Source: an uncultured Gemmataceae bacterium (GTDB lineage Bacteria; Planctomycetota; Planctomycetia; Gemmatales; Gemmataceae). From it: DNA of 64,000 nt. The notes beneath the pieces are model-generated. The model saw nothing but the letters and a program-made list of their open reading frames with translations. It did no database searches and had not been told where the DNA came from. Both the position numbers and the translations under genes were made by a program. The stretch spans positions 1,152,001-1,216,000 of the forward strand of contig CAVVPN010000011.1 of the NCBI GenBank assembly GCA_963750165.1, written 5' to 3'. Position 1 is the first letter of the stretch, and each line of letters begins with the position of its first letter. Shown piece after piece: positions 1-11,468 of this stretch.

Positions 1-3000
1 GTGGTAGAACACGGGCGTCAAGAAGACGCCGAACAGCGTCACGCCCAGCATGCCGGCGAACACGGCCACCCCCAGAGCCTGCCGCATCTCCGCCCCGGCC
101 CCGACCGCCAGTACCAGCGGCACCACACCCAGGATGAACGCGAACGAGGTCATCACGATGGGCCGCAGCCGCAGCCGCGACGCCTCCAGGATCGCCTCCC
201 GCCGTGGCATGCCGCCCTCCTGGAGCTGCTTGGCGAACTCGACGATCAGGATGGCGTTCTTGCTCGCCAGACCCACCAGCACCACGAAGCCGATCTGCGT
301 GAAGATGGTCACCTCCGACCCGGCCAGCTCCACGCCGACGATGGAGCAGAGCAGGCACAGCGGCACGACGAGGATGACGGCCAGCGGCAGCGTCCAGCTT
401 TCGTACAGGGCCGCCAGCACCAGAAACACGAACAGCACCGCCAGCGCGAAGGCGGCCAGGGCGGTGTTGCCCGCCTGGAGCTGAAAGTAGGTCAACTCAG
501 TCCAGTCGGAGGCCATCGACCGCGGCAGTTCCTGGTCGGTGATCTCCTGCACCAGCGCGATCGCCTCGCCCGAGCTGGTGCCCGGCGCGGGGTTGCCGGT
601 GATCGCCGCGGCGGAGTAGAGGTTGTAGCGCAGCAGCAGCACCGGGCCGCTGGTGTCGCGCACGCTCAAGAGCGTGCCGAGCCGCACCATCTGCCCCCGG
701 TTGTTCTTCACCTGAAGTTGGCTGATCTCGGCGGCGCGGTTGCGGAACTCGCGGTCGGCCTGGACGACGACCTGCCAGGTGCGGCCGAAGTTGTTGAAGT
801 TGTTGACATAGTACGAGCCGAGGTAGACCTGCAGCGTGTTGAAGACCTCATTGACCGGGATACCCAGGGCCATGCACTTGGTGCGGTCAATGTCGAGGTA
901 CAGCCAGGGCGTGCTGGCGCGGGCGCCGCTGAACAGGCCCTGCAAGCCCGGCGTGCGGTTGCCGCGGTTGACGACCTGATCGGTGACGCGCTGCAACTCG
1001 CCCAGACCGAGGTTGCCGCGATCTTCGATGATGAGCTTGAAGCCGCCGGTCGTGCCGAACCCTTCCACCGGCGGCCCGCCGAACGCTGTCACGAGGCCGC
1101 CGCGCACCTCCTTCTGGCAGCGTGCCTGCAGTTGGGCCGCGATGCTGTCCGCGTCCAGCCCCGCGCCGTCCCGCTCCTCGAACGGCTTCAGAATGACGTA
1201 CAGCGAAGCGAGGTTGGGCGCGTTGGCGTTCAGGATCAACGACCGGCCCGCGACGGCTACTGTGTGTTCGACGCCCGGCGTGCTCAGGGCAACCCGTTCG
1301 ATGCGATCCAGGATGCGCTGCGTCCGGTCCACCGAGGCGCCGTCCGGAAGCTGCACGTTGACGATCAGGTAGCCCTTGTCCTGTTGCGGAATGAAGCCCG
1401 TCGGGCGCGGGCGAACTGCCAGCCGGTGAGCACCAGCAGACCGCCGTAGAGAACCAGGGCGACCACACTCAGGCGCAGCACTCCCGCGACCGTCCGGCCG
1501 TAGAGTTCGGTGACTCGGTCAAAGACGCGGTTGAAGCCGCGGAAGACCCAGCCAAGCGCCGCGTTCACCGGTCGAATGATGACCCAGCCGAGCGCCAGGC
1601 CGATCAAGGCGCCGGGCAGGAAGTAGACGCCCCAGGCCACCCACTCGGTTGCTGTGGTGCTGAGGTACGGGGTCAGGCTATCCGTCACCACCTCACTCCC
1701 CCACCACTCCACCACCAGCTGCGGCCCCAGCCAGGCGGTGAGCAAACCGCCCAGGATGCCGAAGATCCACCACGGCAGCGCCTCGCGCTTGTGCGTGTGC
1801 CCGGCGGCTGTCTGCTCGGTCTTGAAGATCAGGACGGCCCGGGACGGCGTCATGGTCAGCGCGTTGACGGCCGAGATCATCATCGAGGCGGTAACGGTGA
1901 CGGCGAACTGCCGGAAGAACTGGCCGCTGACGCCCCCCAGGAAACAGCACGGGATGAAGACGGCGCTGAGCACGAGCGTGATGGCCATGATCGGCCCGGT
2001 GATCTCCTCCATCGCCTTGAGGGTGGCGGTGCGCGGGTCGAGCCCCCTGGCCATCTGCCGCTCGATGTTCTCCAGCACAACGATGGCGTCGTCCACCACG
2101 ATGCCGATGGCCAGCACCAGGCCGAACAGTGTCAGGCTGTTGAGCGTGAAACCGAGGGCGGCCATGACGGCGAAGGTGCCGATGAGCGAGACGGGCACGT
2201 CGATCATCGGCAGGATCATCGCCTTCCAGTCCTGCAGGAAGAACAGCACCACGAGGGCGACGAGGATGACGGCGATGACCAGGGTGCGGCGGACCTCGGC
2301 GATGGACTCGCTGATGAACGGCGTGGTGTCGTAGACGATGCGGAAGTCGAGCCCTTCGGGAAAGCTGGCCTTGAGTTCGCGCATCTTGGCCCGCACGCGG
2401 TCGGCAGTGCTCAGAGCGTTGGAGCCGGGCAACTGGTAGATCTGCAGGGCGACCGACGCATGACGGTCAAGGGTGCAAGCCTGGTCGTACTGCTGCGAAC
2501 CGAGTTCGATGCGCGGTTTGCCGTTCCTGTCGCGGGTCACCACGTCGCGCAGGTAGACGATGCCGGTGGAGGGCGGCGCGTTGCCGCTCAGTCCGTTCGT
2601 GGTTCCGAGGGTGTCCGAGGTGCCGCCGTTCTGGTCGGTGCCGCCGCCAGCTGCCTGGCCGCCGGAGCCGGACGACGCCTGCTGCGCCGCCGGGTTCCCC
2701 GTGGCGGCCTTGACGATGATGCTGGCGAACTGCTCCGGGTCGGTGAGCCGGCCGCGCGTGTTGATGGTCAGCTGGAACTGCTGGGCGCGGTCGGCGGGCG
2801 GCTGACCGATCTGGCCCGCGGCCACCTGGATGTTCTGCTGGGCGATGGCGGTCACCACGTCCATCGCCCCGAGCTTCAGGGCGGCCAGCCGGTCGGGGTC
2901 GAGCCAGGCGCGCAGGCTGTAGTCGCGCTGGCCCAGGTAGGTGATGCCGGCGACGCCTTCAAGGCGGCCCAGTTCGTCCTTGACGTAGATGGTCGCGTAG

Positions 3001-3470
3001 TTGCTGAGGAAGGTGGCGTCATAGGTGTCGTTCGGCGAGACGAGGTTGACGATCATGAGTGTGCTTGGCGACATCTTCCTGACGTTGATGCCCTCGTTCT
3101 GCACCAGGGCCGGGATGACCGGCAGCGCGAGCGACACGCGGTTCTGCACGAGCACCTGGGCCATGTCCGAGTTCATACCCGCCTTGAAGGTGACGGTCAG
3201 GGAATAGGTGCCGTCGTTGGTGCAGGTGGAGGACATGTACAGCATGCCTTCGACGCCGCTGACCTGCTCCTCGATGGGGGCCGCCACCGTGTCACGCAGC
3301 GTGATGGCGTTGGCCCCCGGGAAGGAGGCCGTCACCTGGACCGTGGACGGTGCCACTTCCGGGTACTGGGCCACGGGCAGGGCCGAGTAGGCCACCAGTC
3401 CGCCCAGGACGATCACGGCGGAGACGACGGTCGCGAAGACCGGCCGATCTATGAAGAAGCGCGACAGCAC
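1..3470 (-). CDS. RND efflux permease (HAE1/AcrB-like) paralog 1; 3' end runs off the left edge; 1-nt frameshift at ~1404
   Basis: Starts MLSRFFIDRPVFA and has the TM4 motif IGIVVDDAIVVLEN. After the shift the frame continues PTGFIPQQDKGYL ... ALGVAVFAGMLGVTLFGVFLTPVFYH up to position 1. Confidence 0.93.
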
Positions 3471-3473
3471 AGC

Positions 3474-6400
3474 TCAGGTCCTCCGGTCCCTTGTCCCACG
3501 AAGGCGCCGATGCGCCCCCAGCACCGCCAGCACGCCGAGCAACCCCACACAGCCGCCGAGCGGCACTGCCCAGGCCATCTGCACGACGCCGAGTCGGCTG
3601 AGCAGGTAGCCCCCGCCCAGTCCCAGGAGCGCTCCCAGCGTGCAGGACACGACCAGGCGTGTCCGCAGCCCGGCGAATAGTCGCGCCTCGCCGAAACCCT
3701 GGATGACGTAGAAGAACACCGGCGTCAGGAAGGTGCCGAACACGGTCACGCCCAACATGCCGCTGAACACCGCCGTGCCCAGGGAGCGGCGCATCTCCGC
3801 CCCGGCCCCGGCGGCGAACACCAGCGGCGCGACGCCGAGGATGAACGCGAACGAGGTCATCAGGATCGGCCGCAGCCGCAGCGCCGCGGCCTCCCGCGTC
3901 GCCTCCAGGACCGGCAGGCCCGAGCCGTGTTTCTCGCGGGCGAACTCGACGATGAGGATGGCGTTCTTGCACGCCAGCCCCACCAGCACCACCAGGCCGA
4001 CCTGCACGAAGATGTTGACCGAGTTGTGCGTGAACAGCACGCCGGCGACCGAGCAGAGCACGCACAGGGGCACAACCAGGATGACGGCCAGCGGCAGCGT
4101 CCAGCTCTCGTACAGGGCCGCCAGCGCCAGGAACACGAACAGCACCGACAGTCCGAACACCACCGCCGGCGGCGTGGCGCTGGCCTCCCGGATTTGCAGG
4201 AACATCAGCTCGGTCCATTCCGCGCGCATGGAGCGCGGCAGGACAGCGCGCGCCTTCTGGTCCACCTCGGCGATGACCTCACCCGTGCTGGCCCCCGGCT
4301 TGATGCTGCCGGTGATGGGGGCCGCCGTGTAAAGGTTGTAGCGATTGACGAAGATGGGGCCGGTGATTCGCGCGTGGTTACCAGCGTGCCCAGCGGCACC
4401 ATCTGGCCCCACTTGTTGCGGACCTGAAGCAGGTTGATGGCCGGAACGTCGGAGCGGAACTTGCCGTCGGCCTGGAGCGTCACCTGCCAGTAGCGGCCGA
4501 ACGCATTGAAGCTGTTGACGTAGGTCGAGCCGAGGTAGATTTGCAGCGTCTGGTCCACGTCGTCGGGCATCAGCCCGAGCGCGGCGGCCTTGTCCCAGTC
4601 GATGTCCATGTACAGCTGCGGCACGTTCGCGCGGAACTGCGTGGAGACGCCGACCAGTCCGGGCGTGGCGCACAGCTTGTCGATCAGCAGGTCGGTGTTT
4701 TTTTGCACGCTGCGCACGCCGAGGCCGCCGCGATCCTCGGCGATCACCTTGAAGCCACCGGCGACACTGATGCCCGGGATCGGCGCCGGACCGAACACGA
4801 CCGCCTGGGCGTCGGGGACCTCGCGGGCCCAGCGCTTGCGCAGCCGGGCCATGACGGCCTCGTCCTTGAGGTCGCGGCGCTGCCGGTCGGCGAACGGCTT
4901 GAGGACGACGAACAACGAGCCGAAGTTGGTGCCGTTGGCCTGCTGCACAAACGACACGCCGCAGATGGAGATGGTGTGGGCCACGCCCGGGTCCTCCCGG
5001 GCGATCTTCTCGATCTGGAGCATGACCGCCTTGGTGCGCTCTAGCGACGCCGAGTCGGGCAGCTGCACGCCACCGATGATGCGGCCCATATCCTGCTGTG
5101 GCACGAAGCCCGTCGGCGCCTCCCGGAACACCCACCAGGTCAGGAACAGCAGCCCGCCGTAGAGCACCAGCACCACGACGGCCAGGCGCATCGCCCTGCC
5201 GATGGTCCAGCCGTAAGCCGTCGTCAGCCCCTCGAAGACGCGGTTAAAGCCGCGAAAGACCCAGCCGAGCACCGCGTTCACCGGGCGGATGATGTACCAG
5301 CCGAGCACCAGGCCGAGGAGCACGCCCAGCACAGTTACGATGGCGGATTGCGGATTACGGGTTGCGGATTGAATGCCACCTTCACCGTGTTTCAGGTAAA
5401 ACCCCCCTGCGCGTTCCAGGAGGGCCAGCCCGTAGGTGTAGGCGAGCCAGCCGCCGACCGCGCCAAAGATCCACCACGGCAGCGCCTCGCGCTTGTGGGC
5501 GCGGCCGCCGCTCATGCCGCCGCTGCGCAGGATCATCAGAGCCCGGGAGGGCGTCATGGTCAGGGCGTTGAGGGCGGAGATGATGGTCGAGGCGGCGATC
5601 GTCACCGCGAACTGCTGGAAGAATCGCCCGGTGATGCCGCTGATGAATGCGCAGGGCACGAACACCGCACTGAGCACCAACGTGATGGCGATGATCGGCC
5701 CGGTGATTTCCTCCATTGCCTTGAGGGTGGCGGCGCGCGGCTCCAGGCCCCTGGCCATCTGTCGCTCAATATTCTCCAGCACGACGATGGCGTCATCGAC
5801 CACGATGCCGATGGCCAGCACCAGGCCGAACAGCGAGATGTTGTTCAGGCTGTAGCCGAGCGCGGCCATGACGGCGAAGGTGCCGATGAGCGAGACGGGC
5901 ACGTCGATCATCGGCAGGATCATCGCCTTCCAGTCCTGCAGGAAGAACAGCACCACCACGGCCACCAGCAGGACCGCGTCGAAGAGCGTCTTGAAGACCT
6001 CGTCGATGGACTCGCGGATGAACGGGGTGGTGTCGTAACCGATGGTGTAGGTCACGCCCTCGGGGAAACGCATGCTCAGTTCCTTGACCCGGGCGCGGAC
6101 ACGGTCGGCAACATCCAGGGCGTTCGTGCCGGGCAGCTGGTAGATGGCGAGGCCGACGGATGGCTTGCCGTCGAAGTAGACGGCCTGGTTGTAGTTGAGT
6201 GCGCCCATCTCGACGCGGGCCACATCCCGGAGGCGGACAATGGCGGTCGCAGGCGCCTGCGGCCCGCGGCCCGGGGTCGTGGAACTGAGCACCCCGTTGT
6301 CCGGGCTGGCCCCACCGGTGCTCAGGGTGCTCGCCGGCTGAATCGCCATACTCGGAGTCGTGGTGCCACCAGCGGTCGCGGCGCCGCCGCTGGTGGTGCC

Positions 6401-7462
6401 GCCACCGGTCGCCTGGGCCCCGCCCGAGGTGGTCCCGCCGCCGCCGGTCGTCCCGCCGCCGGTGGTGCCTGGGACGGTTGTGCCTGTGCTCGGCGTGGGA
6501 GGGGTGATGGTCGTGCTGGGGGTGGTCGTGCCGGTGGCGGGTGCCTGACTGTCCGTGCTGCCACCGATCACCAGGTTGCTGGCGGCCGTGACCGCGGACA
6601 GGACGGCCACCAGGGGGTCGGTGATGCCGGAGCTGGGCAGGCCGCCGCCCTGGGACGGGGGTCCGCCCCCCGAGGTCGCATTCAGCCGATTGACACCGGT
6701 TTTGATCACGATGTCGGCGAACTCCGCGGGCTCGCGGAGACGGCCCACGGTGTCGAGTGGGAACTGGAACATCTGCGTGCCGCCCGTGGGCGGTTGCCCA
6801 ATCTGGCCGACGGGCGCCTCAATGTTCTGCGTGCGGATCGCGTTGGCCACGTCGGCGGCGGACAGGTTGAGCGCCGCGAGCTTCTGTGGGTCGAGCCAGG
6901 CGCGGACGCTGTAGTCGCGCTCGCCCAGGATGTTGATATCCGACACCCCGTCCACGCGCAGCAGTTCGTCGCGGACGTGGATCAGGACGAAGTTACTCAG
7001 GTAGAGGTCGTCGTAGCGGCCGTCGGGCGAGGTGAAGCTGACGATCATCAAAATGTCGGGCGTCTTCTTGCGGATGGTGATGCCCTGGCGCTGGACGGAA
7101 CTCGGCAGCAGCGGCAGCGCGAGCGTGACGCGGTTCTGCACCATGACCAGGGCCGCGTTCAGGTCGCTGCCCACGTCGAAAGTACAGGTCAGTGTGTACG
7201 TGCCGTCGTTGCCCGACTGCGACGACATGTACAACATGCCGGGCACGCCGGTGACCTGCTGCTCGATCGGGGCGGCGACCGTCTCGGCCACCACCTGGGC
7301 GCTGGCCCCGGGGTAGCTCATGGACACCACCACCGCGGGCGGCGTAACCCGCGGATACTGGGCGACCGGCAGATAGACCAGCGCGCTGGCGCCGACGAGT
7401 GTGATGCACACACTCAACACCGTCGCGAAGATCGGCCGGTCGATGAAGAAGCGGGACAGCAT
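3474..7462 (-). CDS. RND efflux permease (HAE1/AcrB-like) paralog 2; 1-nt frameshift at ~4368
   Basis: Motifs MLSRFFIDRPIFA, IGIVVDDAIVVLEN, GLACKNAILIVEF and RLRPILMTS. ORFs 4205..7462 and 3474..5135 join by restoring one A (GAA ATC ACC GGC). Confidence 0.93.
5343..5371. repeat. Heptamer tandem repeat (GCGGATT) x4, in frame inside RND paralog 2
   Basis: gcggatt gcggatt acgggtt gcggatt; translates on the minus strand as QSATRNPQSA. Confidence 0.75.
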
Positions 7463-7479
7463 GGCCGGAGTCCCTTGTT

Positions 7480-7581
7480 AGAGGTCAGAAGTCAGAAGTC
7501 AGAAGTCAGAAGTCAGAGGTCAGGAGCCTTTTCCTGGCTTCTGATTTCTGACTTCTGATTTCTGACTTCTGACCTCTGACC
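7480..7581. repeat. Inverted pair of heptamer arrays (AGAAGTC)n / (TTCTGAC)n
   Basis: Seen directly. The right arm lies in the adaptor C-terminus (QRSEVRSQKSEVRNQK). Confidence 0.9.
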
Positions 7582-8755
7582 GCTGAGACGGCGGCACCGG
7601 GCCCAGAGTCGGCATGGCCATGTCCTCTGGCTGGATTTCCTGGTGCGGGCGGACCTGCTGCAGCCCACCGACAAGGACTCGGTCGTTGGCGTCCAGGCCC
7701 CTGGACACCACGCGCAGGCCGTCCTCCTGCAGCGCTCCGGTCGTGATCCGGCGATACTGCACTTTGTTGTTGGCATCGACCACATAGACGAACTTCAAAT
7801 CCTGGTCCGAGCCGATGGCGCGGTCGATGACCAGCAGCCGCTGACGCGGCTGGCCGATCGGCAACCGGACGCGGACGAACATCCCTGGCGACAGCAGCCG
7901 GGTGCCGCCCTTCGGTTGCGGGTTCGGGAAGATGCCGCGCACGGCGATGCTGCCCGTGGCGGGGTTGACCTGGTTGTTGACGAAGTTGATGGTGCCCTTG
8001 TGCGGGAAGCCGTCCTCCCCCGGCAAGCCCATCAGCAGGGGGACCGCTCCGTCCTTGCCGGGCTTGATGTCGCCGGCGTTCACGGCCCTGCGGATGCGCA
8101 GCAGCGTTGGCTCGTCCATGTCGAAGTAGACGTACATCGGGTCGAGGGACACGACCGTGGTCAACAGCGTCTGGTCCTGGTTGACCAGGTTGCCGACGGT
8201 CAGGTAGTAGCGGCTGATCCTGCCATTGATGGGCGACCGCACCTTGGTGAAACCCAGGTTGAGCTTGTAGACCTCCAGGGTGGACTTGACGGCCTTGATG
8301 CGGGCAGCCGCCTCGTCCACGGACGCCTTGTCCTGGTCGATCTCCTTCTGGGTGACGACGCGGCTGGCCAGCAGGGGCAGGTCGCGCTCATAATTCGCCT
8401 GGGCGAGTTTGAACTGGGCCTCGGCGAGTGCGACCTGGCTTTGGGCCTGGTTGAGTTGCGCCACGTAGGGGCGGGGGTCGATCTCGAAGAGCAGCGCGTC
8501 CTCCTTCACGTCCGAGCCTTCCTTGAAGTAGATCTTCACCAGATAGCCGGTGACCCGAGGCCGAATGTCCACCGCCTCGACGGCGTCGGTGCGGCCGGTG
8601 AAGTCCACGTAGTCGGTGACCTCCCGCTGGACCGGCTTGCTGACCGGCAACGCGGGCGGCTCGGCCGGGGCCACCTGGGAGGGTGGGCGTTGACAACCGC
8701 TGCCCGTCACCAGCCCGAAGACGATAACCAGCAGAACCAGGCACTTGCGCACCAC
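7520..8755 (-). CDS. RND periplasmic adaptor (membrane fusion protein), probable lipoprotein
   Basis: GTG start after AGGAGG, hydrophobic N-terminus ending TGSGC, and motifs VDIRPRVTGYL, LFEIDPRPY, VRSPINGRI and PGMFVRVRL. Confidence 0.92.
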   Translation of the reverse strand: MVRKCLVLLVIVFGLVTGSGCQRPPSQVAPAEPPALPVSKPVQREVTDYVDFTGRTDAVEAVDIRPRVTGYLVKIYFKEGSDVKEDALLFEIDPRPYVAQLNQAQSQVALAEAQFKLAQANYERDLPLLASRVVTQKEIDQDKASVDEAAARIKAVKSTLEVYKLNLGFTKVRSPINGRISRYYLTVGNLVNQDQTLLTTVVSLDPMYVYFDMDEPTLLRIRRAVNAGDIKPGKDGAVPLLMGLPGEDGFPHKGTINFVNNQVNPATGSIAVRGIFPNPQPKGGTRLLSPGMFVRVRLPIGQPRQRLLVIDRAIGSDQDLKFVYVVDANNKVQYRRITTGALQEDGLRVVSRGLDANDRVLVGGLQQVRPHQEIQPEDMAMPTLGPVPPSQRSEVRSQKSEVRNQKPGKGS

Positions 8756-9048
8756 GGGCAACCTCCTGGGGCGAACGGGAACGCGGGCGCGGCACCATTC
8801 AACCAGCGACGGTGCAAACACCCGGCTACGGTTGTTCTCACCAGGGGCATTGTAGAGAAACAACCGCATCGGGTTCCGGAAAGGTGCGCAGCAGGTGTCG
8901 AACGCTGGATTTTCCGCAGCAAGGCGAGCCGGGAGGAAAGTTCATGGGGATGAGAGGACCTGTCCGCGCACTGGAGCGGTTCACGCACGGTTTGCGCACA
9001 AGTGACGGCGGGCACGGGCTGACCTCCAGCGGCCTGCGCTGCCACAGC

Positions 9049-9077
9049 AAGGGGGCCAAGGGGGCCAAGGGGGCCAA
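9049..9077. repeat. 9-mer tandem repeat (AAGGGGGCC) x3
   Basis: Seen directly in the intergenic region. Confidence 0.7.
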
Positions 9078-9259
9078 CTTTTTCACACGTCGAGATTCGA
9101 GCCTGGGAGTGGCTCGCGCAGTTTGCAGGACGGTTCGGGAGCACTGGCCTACCGTTCGTGGTCCACACCACTGCAAATCGCGCTTATGGGCTGTTGCAAC
9201 TTAACTGTGATGTGGGGCAGGTTTTCCAGCCTACCCCACACTTCAGCGGCAACAGATCG

Positions 9260-9886
9260 CTAGCGCCCGGTTCGATCCGCGATGAACACGTCCCGTCGCG
9301 GGAACTGCTTGAAGAGGGCTTCCGGCTTGCCGAAGTTGGTGACCAGCACGTCGAGCGGGTTGCCGGCCAGCCACTCCGTCAGGTCGATGTCCTCGTAGAC
9401 CCCGGAGTTGAACCCGATGAGAACGCGGCACGACTTGTTGCCAACGTTCTCCACCGAGTGCCCGTACCCCTGCGGGATATAGCCGACATCGCCCTGCTCC
9501 AGTGTCTCGATCCGGTAGCGCCCGTTCGCGCCAAACAACGTCACGCTCACCCTGCCCTCCAGGACGTACTGCCATTCGTCGGCCGTCGGGTGCCAGTGCA
9601 GCTCGCGCATGTCCCCCGGCCCGAGCGTCATGGACACCCCGGCAATCCCCTTGGAGATCGGCAGTTGCCTGACGCTGGCCTCCTTCGCCGAACTCCTGCC
9701 ATCAACCCGCCCCTTCGACTTCTCCAGGGCGAACTTGAAGGTCGGCAGTTCCTTGCCGGAGAGCAGGGGGTCGGGGACGTTGTTCATGAAGCTGGGGTCG
9801 CCAGCCGCGGCGGGCGCGGCGGCGGCAGTCGCGGCCGCGACTGCCGCGGCCCCGGCCAGAAACTCTCGGCGCTGCAATTGCGACAT
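9260..9886 (-). CDS. Tat-exported cupin, oxalate decarboxylase-like single domain
   Basis: Twin-arginine signal MSQLQRREFLAGAAAVAA, cupin motif RELHWHPTADEW, GDVGYIPQGYGH, RBS AGGAG. Confidence 0.85.
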   Translation of the reverse strand: MSQLQRREFLAGAAAVAAATAAAAPAAAGDPSFMNNVPDPLLSGKELPTFKFALEKSKGRVDGRSSAKEASVRQLPISKGIAGVSMTLGPGDMRELHWHPTADEWQYVLEGRVSVTLFGANGRYRIETLEQGDVGYIPQGYGHSVENVGNKSCRVLIGFNSGVYEDIDLTEWLAGNPLDVLVTNFGKPEALFKQFPRRDVFIADRTGR

Positions 9887-10380
9887 GGAATCTCTCCTGG
9901 TTCGAGTGTGGGCTGGCAACGCCAGACCCAGATTCGGTTGAGTATCTCAGGGCAACACACTATTACGGCTGCCGCATGAAGGCTACGAGATCCCGTTTCT
10001 CCTGGGCGTCGAGTCGGAGTTCGAGGATGAGGTTGAAGAATTTTTGGTGTCAGTTTGCACGGGTCGTTCCTTACAGGGGCGCCAGGGTATCCGAGGCTTC
10101 GGGATCTCGGTGAACCACCAACGCAAGAGCCGTGCCGCGTGGACGGGAGTCCCTTGGAGGACTCGGGATACTCGCCGAAACGGTGACAACACTTGTCCGC
10201 CAGGAGTGGGCAACAGTCTGATCGGAAACCGCGGCCGGGCGAAAAGCGGAAGAAAACTGGTCAGGCCGGCAAGAATCCTGCCACCGCCCAAACACGGAGA
10301 CAGTCGGCCACGCGGCGTTCTCAGCGGACCTTGATGCACTCAAGGCGTGCAGATTGCACGCCTTGACGGACTTTCACGGT

Positions 10381-10397
10381 TTGGCACGATCTCTGCG
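10381..10397 (+). promoter_or_regulatory. Putative sigma-54 (-24/-12) promoter
   Basis: TTGGCACGATCTCTGCG with exact GG-N10-GC spacing, ~80 nt upstream of the AKR start. Confidence 0.6.
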
Positions 10398-10474
10398 TTA
10401 AAGAAAGCTGAAGGACTGTTACCGTCCTGCAAGGACATCAAAGAAGCCTTCGCCAGAGACAGAGGAGAGCGACC

Positions 10475-11434
10475 ATGAACACCAAGCAGCTCGGCAATTC
10501 GGACCTGCGCATCACCCCCGTCGGCTTCGGAGCGTGGGCGATCGGGGGGTCGGGTTGGGAATTCGCCTGGGGAGACCAGGACGACAGCGATTCCATCGCT
10601 GCCATCTGGGAGGCCCTGGACGCCGGCGTCAACTGGATTGACACCGCGGCCGTCTACGGGCTCGGACACTCGGAGGAGGTCGTCGCCCGCGCCCTCGAAG
10701 GGGTCACCAACCGGCCGTATGTTTTCACCAAGTGCAGCATGGTCTGGGATGAACGCCGGCAGATCGGCCACAGCCTCAAGGCCGACTCGATCCGCCGCGA
10801 ATGCGAGGCCAGCCTGCGCCGGCTGCGGGTGGACGCCATCGACCTGTACCAAATTCACTGGCCCGACCCAGACACGGACATCGAGGAGGGCTGGACGACC
10901 CTGGCCGCGTTGCAGCAGGGGGGCAAGGTCCGCCACATTGGCGTGTCCAACTTCAATGTGGAGCAGATGCAGCGGGCCCAGGCCATCGCCCCGATCACCT
11001 CGCTCCAGCCGCGCTACTCGCTGATCCATCGTGAGATCGAGGGGGAAAGCCTGCCGTTCGCCGCCCGGGAGAACATCGGCGTGATCGCCTATTCGCCGAT
11101 GGCTTCCGGACTGTTAACGGGCGCGATGACTCCGGAGCGGATCGCGGCTCTGCCTGCCGACGACTGGCGGAAGCAGCACCCCGACTTCCAGGAACCGCAG
11201 CTATCCCGCAACCTGAGACTGGTGAGGCTGCTGCGTGCCATCGGCAAGCGTCACAGCCGCACGCCGGCCGAGGTGGCTGTCGCCTGGGTGCTGCACAACC
11301 CGGCCGTCACCGGCGCCATCGTGGGTGCGCGACGACCCGGCCAGATGCGGGGCGTGATCGGGGCGGCCGAGTTTCGCCTCAGCCCGCACGAACTCGCTGA
11401 AATCGAGGCATTCTTCGCCCAGGCGGCCGCTTGA
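10475..11434 (+). CDS. Aldo/keto reductase
   Basis: GFGAWAIGG, IDTAAVYG, IDLYQIHWP, IGVSNF, AYSPMASGLLTG. Confidence 0.93.
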   Translation: MNTKQLGNSDLRITPVGFGAWAIGGSGWEFAWGDQDDSDSIAAIWEALDAGVNWIDTAAVYGLGHSEEVVARALEGVTNRPYVFTKCSMVWDERRQIGHSLKADSIRRECEASLRRLRVDAIDLYQIHWPDPDTDIEEGWTTLAALQQGGKVRHIGVSNFNVEQMQRAQAIAPITSLQPRYSLIHREIEGESLPFAARENIGVIAYSPMASGLLTGAMTPERIAALPADDWRKQHPDFQEPQLSRNLRLVRLLRAIGKRHSRTPAEVAVAWVLHNPAVTGAIVGARRPGQMRGVIGAAEFRLSPHELAEIEAFFAQAAA

Positions 11435-11468
11435 CGCGCTGAACGCAGCTGTTCGTCCCATTGTCTCT

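Noticed and set aside
9983..10343. Short ORFs in the cupin-AKR intergenic region
   Set aside because: No motifs, RBS or coding-like codon pattern; more likely regulatory DNA.
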